From assembly GCA_965645245.1 (NCBI GenBank), contig OZ287074.1, forward strand, positions 2,418,001 through 2,452,826: a DNA stretch of 34,826 bases. The letters are read 5' to 3'. A program made the position numbers and the translations under genes. The stretch comes from Massalongia carnosa. Its lineage: Eukaryota. This document shows, piece after piece, positions 11,889 through 21,200 of the stretch. The number at the start of each line of letters is the position of its first letter. The stretch's first letter is position 1. Below the pieces are notes generated by a model. That model worked only from the letters and a program-made list of their open reading frames with translations, was not told where the DNA came from and searched no databases.

Positions 11889-13317
11889 TGTCACAGTTGA
11901 AGCAGCATGTACGGAACAGTTTCGGACTTACGCCCACAAGCTCGCGGCTACGCAAGACCTCGGGCGCATTGTATTGGACGAGGCTCACTTGACTATCACA
12001 GCGTCCGACTATCGCGAGGCTATGGTTGACCTCGCCCTGATCCGCAACGTCCGTACGCAGTTTGTTTACTTAACAGCTACTCTACCACCGACAATACAAG
12101 CTAGATTTGAAGAGCAGAACAACTTGGTGAACCCCAAGGTGATTCGAGCATCGACGAACCGGCGAAATCTGTTCTATATGGTACAGCGGGCCACCGGGCG
12201 AGGGAGTCTGCTCGAAGAGGGCGCGCGGAGGGCAAGGGAGGCGTGGGAGAATAGCCAGCTCTTGGATCGGGCTCGAGATAAGATCATCTTATACGTTCGG
12301 ACAAAGGAAGATGCTGCTACGCTGGCTGAGCTACTCTGCTGCTCCCAGTACACAGCTGATATAGGCACGGCTGAGCAGAAGGAGGAGCTGGTGAGAATGT
12401 GGCCTGCCGCCTCGGACCAGCCGTACATGGTGGCCACGTCTGCACTAAGCGCTGGCTTCGACTATGCCCACGTTCGCTTAGTTGTGCATGTCAAGGAGCC
12501 GTCGTCTTTAGTCGACTTCGCCCAAGAGTCTGGTCGGGCCGGGCGGGATAGAAAGGAGGCGTACTCGCTAGTCCTCCTCTCACCTACATGGAAGCCGCAA
12601 GCCGCTGAGATTACCGCGGTCGAGAGAAAAGCGGTTCACCGCTACCTCCTCGGGCAGGACTGCCGCCGGGCATGCTTGAGTGAGCACCTCGACTCGGAGC
12701 CGTATTGGCGACAGTGTCAGGCTGACGAGGACGTTGTATGCGACGTATGCAGCGCCGGCCCAGCTCTCGCTCCGTCTTCCGCTCCGTCTCCCGAGCCGGC
12801 TCTTCAGTATACTGGCAGTGCAGCTATCCAGGAGAAGCGACGTCGAGCCGAGCTCGAGTTAAGCCGGTACCAGGAGGACCTGCTCGCAGTTCAAGGCACG
12901 TGTCTGCTCTGCCGGGCATCCGACGATGCCTGGGACCACGCCTTCCCTACGTGCTGGCGTCGATTCGAGTTCTTTGAGGCTCGCAATCGTGTTAAGAAAG
13001 CGAAGCAAGGAGGGCGGTGGATTACTCCGTACCACACATGCTACTGGTGCTATAATCCCCAGGCCGTCTGTTCGCGAGCGGACCCAAAGAGTAACTGCCA
13101 GAGCTGCCTCTACGCGGATATTGTCATGCCGCTCTGCTATGGCATCTTCCACGGAGGTGGGGCCGAGCAGTGGCTAGAAGAGCGGTTTCAGCGGACGTTT
13201 ACAGACGTCGATGAATTTCTTAAGTGGTGTGGTCAGGCAGCTAGCTTCGGCGGGGGTAAGGCAATCTAGGGAGTCTGTGTAGCTGCGGCTGCCCTAATTC
13301 AATTTGAGTTATACTAG
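11884..13317 (+). pseudogene. RecQ-family helicase, telomere-linked helicase (TLH) type, C-terminal part only
   Basis: IVLDEAH (motif II), LTATLPP (III), VATSALSAGFD (V), QESGRAGRD (VI), CRR..CDVC Zn motif and Cys-rich tail. Motif I is missing. TAG at 13267 may be a premature stop because the frame continues to 13317. Confidence 0.88.
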
Positions 13318-13580
13318 GCTAGGTGTAAGGTAAAACGGGAGTTTAGACTAGGGTTGAGTTAATTATAAATTTAAAGTATAAAGTATCGAATAGAGAAGGA
13401 TTAATTATGAATAGGCAAATAGGCCATAGGGTCGATGCCTACTCCCCAGCTTTCCTTCGCTTTTGCCTTTGCCTCCCTCAACTAATATACGGGCGTGAGT
13501 AAGCCGAGGCACTGCCTACGACCCCCCACTCGGCCGCTGACCCAATCCCTGGCGAGGTGCCCACGCCAGCCAAACCTAGG

Positions 13581-15165
13581 GTATTACATGAGGTTCTACA
13601 CTTCTGCTTTAGTAGAGTGAATAAAATTAATGAGCTTCTTGTATTCGTCTTCTTTCCTGTGCTTCTTGAAAAGAGTGACTATTAAGCACTCTACCTACTT
13701 GAGCAAAAATGCCAGCGGCTCTGGATGGATGTTATTGTACTTCTTTCAGTCACTAAGGTCGTTGGATCTTCCAATATCCTGCTACACTAAGCTCGAGTTC
13801 AGCAGGCCTGACTTGACCGACGCATACGATGTGTGGGAACAGCGCTGGTCAGAGGCAACCGATCCAGATTTCTACAATAAGAATCGTACCTATGTCGACC
13901 TGGCAAAGCAGACTACATCTAAGGATTCTGCTTTGCCGTATAACCAGATCCCCGATCATCACGAGGCAAAAACGTTCCTATAGAGGAAGTGCTGCCTTGA
14001 CGCATACTCTAGGACCCGCACAACTCTTAATACAGATAGAAGCAAAGCAAAAGGGAACCCAAATCGTACCGTATATCCTTGGGCTACTATACGAGATACA
14101 GTAGGCTAGATATTCTTCACTGCACCGCAGGGAGTTGAATGCCGAGATAGATTGATTTATTCCCCGTTCTGTACGCTAATAAAGACGCCCTTTGACTCGA
14201 CAGATGTAAACGTCTTTAACAACGACTCGGTAGAAAACCTCGCACTAGATCCCGGATATGTAAGGTCTCTGCAACAAGAAAGTGGTGCCGTTACCTTCTC
14301 TAAGGGCGTGTGCGAATTTGCCTAACTGCATAGTAAGAAGCGGGTATATGCTAATCTCCTCGACAACCGCTGGAGATCGTACGACACGAGAAAAAAGCAT
14401 CGGATTTCTCTGACCATGATAGAGGAGATCTAGGAGTAATAGTAGCAATGGGATCTCTACGATGCCGACGATATCGACGATGACCGGTCTCCGTTGCCGT
14501 ATTATATTATCCCCACGCGTGACCTTCCCGCTTTTCTCTATGCCCAGATCAATAAGTACTGTTTTCTCTTCGAGCACACCTTAGCCAATACAGCGAAGAC
14601 TTATTCCTTATCTGAGACGATCGTAATAGTCATTGCACTGCGAGCACTCCGCTTCTGCTACAGCAGTAATCTACTCGAGCGAGAATCGCTTCTTTTCAAG
14701 GATCACTAGCAGCAGATGCGTGGCCAGAAGGTACTCGTCAAAGAGGGCCTCGGGATAAAGAAGAGCATCGAAAGCTGCGGAATGGGCTGGTTCCTCCCCA
14801 AGTTCAACTGGGCGACATAGAGGCTAGCAGCACCGCATAGGCAGAATATCCTGGTAGGAAACATGCTTATGCACGAGGAATACAAACAGAGATAGAGGGC
14901 AGTCAAAGATCTCCGGGACACCTCCGTCTCTTTCAACTAGGCAAAGTCCTAGTTTGATAAGTATAAGGGTCTGGGCAACGGTAGGCTAAGGATGGCGTGC
15001 CTAGAATATCTATACGTGCTAAACCTCGAGCAATTCGACGCTGATGTATGAAAGGCTATGCTCAGGACTAATAAACAGAGCTATAAGCTTAGACCCGAGG
15101 CTATACAGTCGGCAGCCAAGAAACGGCTTTGCTATTATAATATAAAGAGGATGTTCTCGGGGAAC
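13581..15165 (+). pseudogene. Pseudogene of unknown function with RIP-like nonsense mutations, truncated at both ends
   Basis: One frame from about 13780 to 15165 gives protein-like sequence (TKLEF..YVDLAKQ..IKTPFD..ENLALDPGY..LHSKKR..EGLG..GWFLPKFNW) with about a dozen stops, mostly TAG, and no frameshift. Cut by the G LTR at 15166. Confidence 0.7.
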
Positions 15166-15649
15166 TGTAATAGGGTAGGCCTAGTATGCGTTCGTTGAAC
15201 GTAAGACTGGCCTATGTGGCTATGTGGGATACGTACAGCCAAAACAACCACCAAGACAATAAGGTCCCGCCTAACCAAGTTAGGCATAGTGTGGGGACTT
15301 AACTTATTATGGAGGTATTTTCGTAGTACACGAAGTATCCCCTCGCCTCGTCTCACCTCCCCTAGCTCGCCTGCCAAGTCTTATCTACCCGTGTCTTTCG
15401 GTGACCGAAGTATTTCGGAGACCGAAAATACCAGGTAGTATGGGCAAGGTACGGAAGAAGAGCTTAGGTTGTGGATTGTCCTATCCTATATAGATCAATG
15501 ATCAAGCACTTCAAAAGGGTAGCATTTAGTCTACCCTTTGACCCGACCCAACCTATTTGTACCTCTATTGTGACCATCACGTTGTGTAGCCCCTGTGGAT
15601 CCCATCTTCCAGTAGTGAATGCCTGCTGGGAGAAGGTCTCCCCGTTTCA
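15166..15649 (+). repeat. 5' LTR of element G (484 bp)
   Basis: TGTAATAG...CGTTTCA. Boundaries are defined by the inverted solo copy at 33108-33776. TATATAG at 15487. Confidence 0.92.
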
Positions 15650-15784
15650 ATTCTAAATGCTCTATATATCTCCGGATTAGCACGATCCGGTGGTCGCAAT
15701 AAGGGTGCTGCTTTTTACCGCTTTCGCCATCGAGCACCATTTGGCCTTTCGTCGTTCAGGCCAAACTTCCTCATCGATTCTTCC

Positions 15785-16569
15785 ATGGCCTCCCGCAGCC
15801 AGTTCGCTGCAATTAGGGCCTCAATGGATCCTTCTCTCCTCGGCACCTCCGGTGCTTCGGCTAAATTCAGCCAATGCATCTGGTGCTCCGCCGTCTAGTG
15901 GCCCCCTTCCTGTCGGCCCGCACGGCTCCTCCCGTCCTTCCTCTGGCACGTCAGCTACCACAGTGACTCTGACTGCCGAGCAATGGGCTGCTATCCAGTC
16001 TACCCTGGACCAAATCAACCAGGGCCAGGGCCGAACTCCCTCTCGGTCTGCTCGCCGATCTCGATCGGCCCCACGATCTCCTCGGGCACCCCAGTCGCCT
16101 GAGAGGTCATCCAGGTGGAATAGTCATCATACCTGCCGGGACTCTCGCTCTCGCTCGCCCGGCCATTACCATCGCCGCCGGTCACCTTCGTGTGACTACT
16201 CAAGCCGCCGTTATGACGGCGCCTCTCGTCCCTTACTGAAGCCCAAGTTTTCTGACATATACAAGGGAAGTAGTCACAAGGAGCTGCATGAGTTCGCTCG
16301 TCAGTGTCACGAGTACTTCAAAAACTGCACGGGCGCATCCCGATGATTCTTCCTCCGTCTCTTTCGCGGCTTCCTTTCTTCGCGGAGAGACTTTTGGCCA
16401 TGTATGGTCAGAATACGTCCAGACATTGCCGCTTGATTACGACCCACCCTGGGCCGAATTCTCAAAGGTCCTCTGGGATGACCTTGGCAACGAGAAGACC
16501 TTCGTGGACAAAACCTGGGGAAAGTTCTTTAGTTTTGTTCAGCGCCCTGGAGACAACGTACGCACGTTT
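15785..16569 (+). pseudogene. gag: gag of element G, part 1 (Ser/Arg-rich region and capsid start)
   Basis: YKGSSHKELHEFARQCHEYF..SFAASFLRG..WAEFSKVLWDDLG, similar to A gag. Two apparent frameshifts. Start codon is a guess. Confidence 0.75.
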
Positions 16570-17056
16570 TGTCATGAAATGCCTCCGACCTCACCACGTG
16601 CCTCTATCACGTGCCTTGATCTGATGACTACTCACGGACGTCGTGCCATGCCTTCGGGACCCTCATATCATTCTTCGAATTCGCCGATTACTGATCATTA
16701 ATCAGCCTCGCATTGATGATTTATTCCCGTCTTTCGACTATTATCATGTCTAATAGCTTCGCATTGATGTTTGACATCTCCCGTCTCCTCGCTGACCCCA
16801 TCGTGCTTATTACCGCTATAATGCCCCTCATTCATCATCGCACTGACTAGACATCATTCGCCGCCACCCTAGAAAGATGAATATGGGAGGACAAAGATAT
16901 AAGAAAGAAGTCGAATCATGGAAGTTCTGATTCTTTGTCGAACGTCTTGAATAGCCAACCTAGCCTAGCCTAGATTCATAGCTATAGACTCAATCAATAA
17001 GCTTGACCATCAACCCACCTTGCCTTTGCCCTTGCCCTCGACCTGATTTCGTGACA
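16570..17056 (+). repeat. 5' LTR of element D
   Basis: TGTCATGAAAT...ATTTCGTGACA. Direct repeat of 22764-23250. Confidence 0.98.
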
Positions 17057-17132
17057 TTACGTTCGACCAACATTCAAAAGTGCCTTCCATAGCATTTTCC
17101 CTCATCTCCCTTTATCTCATTCCCCCTCAATC

Positions 17133-18275
17133 ATGTCTTCAGCAGAAGAGAACCTCTCCGAGCTGGATAAGCGTATTCGATTCATTCAGGAACGTCTTCA
17201 GGCAGACCCTCAGCAATTCCTGAGTCAAATGGACAACCTAGAAGCCGAAGTAAACCAACTTCGCAACAATGCCAATACCCCTTCTATTTCCGAGCCCATA
17301 CCTATCTCAAATCCACCCCCCCCTACCTTGGATCCGCAAATCATGGCCATGATGCAGCTGCTCCTGGCGTCAAAAAACTCCCTCATCCGCTCCGAAAAGC
17401 TCCCGGACATCACGGAGTATGAGGGCGAAGAAGTCAAGCTGGATGCGTGGGAGCAGTCCCTGATTCAAAGAATGCATGTCAACAATGATCGATACCCGTT
17501 CGATCAAGCCAAAATTGCCTATGCCGAAAGCCGACTCACCATAGGCAAAAAGGCTCATAACCTAATGAATGCGTACAGGGTCGATGGCCTTTGCGTACTC
17601 ACCTCATTTGCTGAATGGCGATCAGCCCTCCGCCGCGCATGCGGAAATCCCTACGAGCAGGAGGATGCTCGCAAATACCTTCGCGATATCCTCAAACAGG
17701 GAAGTAGTAGCTTCGAGGAGTACTACAACCTTTTTGCGCAGAAAAAAGACCGGTCCAAGATGGAAGATGCCAGCCTGATCGATGCCATGAAGGCAAATGT
17801 GAATTATTCAACCCAGACCGCAGCCCTAATGTATAGGGTCCCCGGAACCCAAAGGCAACCAACCACCTTCGACGAGCACGTCACCATGTGGTTGGAGACA
17901 GATCGTGGCCTTCGGCAGATCCGCCACATTGCCCCAAAGGCGAACACCACCACTATCACCCCGACACCGAAAAAGCCAAACCCGTTATCAGCACTTCCCC
18001 CGACAGTCGCTCCCGCTGCCAAAGCACCTGTCGCTTCTCCCGCCTCCCCTGCGCTGCTCATTGGCGACCCCATGGACCTAAGCTCTGCCATGGCAGCGGT
18101 GAAAGGCCAATCGCTCAAAACCGAGGGGGTCCGCAAAATCTGCGAAGACTGGAAGTTGTGTTTCTACTGCAAATTGCAGCATCCAGGGAAGTCAGCAACT
18201 GACTGTCCCAACAAGCGAACCAACCTTCGGAGCATGGAGCTCGAAGCCCCTGATATTGAGCAGGGAAAAGCCTAG
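17133..18275 (+). CDS. gag: Gag of element D (380 aa)
   Basis: Open ORF after the LTR. SEKLPDITEYEG capsid-like motif, GDPMDLS, variant Cys/His knuckle. Confidence 0.93.
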   Translation: MSSAEENLSELDKRIRFIQERLQADPQQFLSQMDNLEAEVNQLRNNANTPSISEPIPISNPPPPTLDPQIMAMMQLLLASKNSLIRSEKLPDITEYEGEEVKLDAWEQSLIQRMHVNNDRYPFDQAKIAYAESRLTIGKKAHNLMNAYRVDGLCVLTSFAEWRSALRRACGNPYEQEDARKYLRDILKQGSSSFEEYYNLFAQKKDRSKMEDASLIDAMKANVNYSTQTAALMYRVPGTQRQPTTFDEHVTMWLETDRGLRQIRHIAPKANTTTITPTPKKPNPLSALPPTVAPAAKAPVASPASPALLIGDPMDLSSAMAAVKGQSLKTEGVRKICEDWKLCFYCKLQHPGKSATDCPNKRTNLRSMELEAPDIEQGKA

Positions 18276-21200
18276 TCTCTGCACATCGTCGCGTGCAGGG
18301 ACTCCCCCCCCTTCTCATTTCCTCATGTTTGATGGCCAGTTTTTCCCCCTCTTTGAGATCCAATACGCGATTTTCCGCAGCCTCCGCTTTGGAGCTGTTT
18401 GAATCAGATAAGACGTTCAGAGACAGTCACATGGTGATGACAGGTATCTTGCGATTATCTAGATCTAGGATTAGAACGTATAATCTAATTGATTGTGGTG
18501 CATCTGGCTTTTCATTCATCGATGAGAAATTTGCGCATACTAACCAAATTCCCCTTCATCTTCTCAAATATCCCCGCCGGCTCGAAGGATTCGACGGCCA
18601 AAGGGCTCTATCCGGCAATATCACTCATGTGGCCGAAATCACCATGGATCTAGAAGGTCATGTAGAAAAACTCTTTCTATATGTCACCGGGTTAAAAAAT
18701 TATCCCATTATCTTGGGCCATCCATGGCTCCGCCGGCATAACGCCATAGCCGATTTTGGGCATAATACGCTCACCTTTGCCTCCCCCTACTGCCTCACTC
18801 ACTGTTGCCCCCACCCCGTCAAGCTTCAAGCCGTTGAGGAAGAATTCCTCACCCCAGCCGAGAGTCGAAAAATCTGGGATGAAGAGATCCTCGAAGACGC
18901 CCTAGGAAAAGTTATCAATCAAGACACGTCTATCAGAACGTCGATAACTTCTCTAGAAGAGGGGGAAGAAATTCCCACAATCAAAAATTCTATTCCTGAC
19001 AATCCCGTCAAAATCGAGGAATCCATCCCTTTGTTCAAAACCGCGCAGCACGATTTCACCTTAATCAAACCCGAAATTAATGAACCCGAACCCCAGCCTC
19101 AAAACCCCACCGATGAACCCAGTCGCATTGAAAATGCAATCCAGCAAGGGCTTCCCCCCCCGAAAATCCGATACCGAAGCCCGTCCAAATTGCGGACATC
19201 CACCCAAAGACGTGCTCATCAAGCAGCACGCAAAACCACCCCGCAGATGAATGTCTGCGAAATCGGAGCTATCTCCTTCAATCGACTGACTCGGAAGAAA
19301 AACCACGATAGTTTCGCCCTGTCCATGAAAGAAATTGACCTCTTTCTAGGAAAAACCAACCCCGAACCTCTAGTAATGAAAGCCTCACCTAGTTCAGCCC
19401 CCGATTTGATCGAAAAAGCCAAAAAACCAAGCCCAGCCTACCAACCATTGCCATCTCGAGCAAGCCCGCACGAGAAAGAAATCCACCTAGCCTTATTTAA
19501 GATGAATAAGGCCCTAACCCTAGCCACCGCCGTGACTCGTGAAGAGTTAGACGCTTACCGAGAAAGTAAGAACGTCGACCCAGCCCCCCTTCTGCCCAAG
19601 CAATACCACGAATTCCTAGATGTCTTCTCGAAGAAGAAATCCGAAGACTTGCCCCCCCGCCGTCCCTACGATCATGCCATAAACCTGAAAGAAGGTACGC
19701 AGGCCCCTAGTCAGGCCCTGTATGGTATGAGTCGTACCGAAATCGAGGAGCTCCGCCGCTACCTCGACGAAAATCTAGCCAAGGGATTTATTCGGGCTAG
19801 TCGCTCCCACGCCGCCTCCCCGGTGATGTTCGTGAAAAAGCCAGGTGGGGGACTTCGATTTTGCGTGGATTATCGTGCTCTGAATGCCATCACCATTAAG
19901 GATCGCTATCCGCTGCCCTTGATCGCCGAGACCCTGCACCAATTAATCAAAGCCAAGATATTCACCAAGATAGACATCATCGCCGCCTTCAATATGCTCC
20001 GCATACGAGAAGGAGACGAAGAACTCACCGCTTTTCGCACTCGTTTCGGCCTTTTCGAGTCCTTGGTCCTACCCTTCGGCCTATGCAACGGGCCCGCCTC
20101 ATTTCAGCACTTCATCAACGATACGCTTCACGAGTATCTTGCTGACTTTTGCACTGCGTACCTAGATGATATCCTCATCTACAGTGACAATGAGCTGGAG
20201 CACGAGGTCCACGTCAAAAAAATCCTGTCTCGACTCCGAGATGCAGGCCTGCAAGCCGACATCACCAAGTGCAAGTTCCATGTCACCGAAATTGCATACC
20301 TAGGGATGATCGTGACCACCGAAGGGATAAAAATGGACCCGGCCAAGGTGGAAACCGTCGTCAATTGGCCAAACCTCGTCAATGTGAAAGATGTGCAAAG
20401 CTTTCTGGGTTTTGCTAACTTTTATAGACGATTCGTGTATGGGTTTAGCGACATAGCTGGCCCCCTAACCAACCTGACCAAGAAGGAGACGGAATTCCTG
20501 TGGACTGACAAATGCCAATTGGCATTCGAAATGCTGAAAAAAGCTTTCACCTCCGATGTCATTCTCAGGCATTTCGACCCCGATCGTCCCATCATCGTCG
20601 AAACCGATGCCTCCGACTATGTTTCGGGGGGCATTCTTTCTCAATACGACGATGATGGGATACTTCACCCCGTCGCCTACTTCTCAAAGAAGCACAATCC
20701 CGCCGAGTGCAACTACGAGATCTATGACAAAGAACTGATGGCAATCGTTCGATGTTTTGAAGAATGGCGACCCGAACTAGAAGGATCTGCCTTCCCCATC
20801 AGCGTCATATCCGACCACAAAAACCTGGAGTATTTTGCCTCCACCAAGCAGCTCAGCCGTCGCCAAGCTAGATGGAGCGAATTTCTCTCTCGATTTGACT
20901 TCAAGATAGTCTATCGACCAGGAAAAGCCGGAGGAAAACCGGACGCTCTAACTCGTCGATCGGGAGATCTTCCTAAAGAAGGGGATGATACGGACGAGCG
21001 AAGGAAATTTCAACACCAAACCATTTTGAAAACCGAAAACCTGGATGAGGAAGTCGCAAAAAGTTATTTGCGATCCATTCTTCTGGCACCAGCTTTCCTA
21101 GATGATGCAGATATCGAAGAAGCAGAACCTCAGCTAGATGAGGACCTCATCGATCCCGATGAGGATATCTCCACGGAGCTCCTCTGGGAACAAGCCCTGA

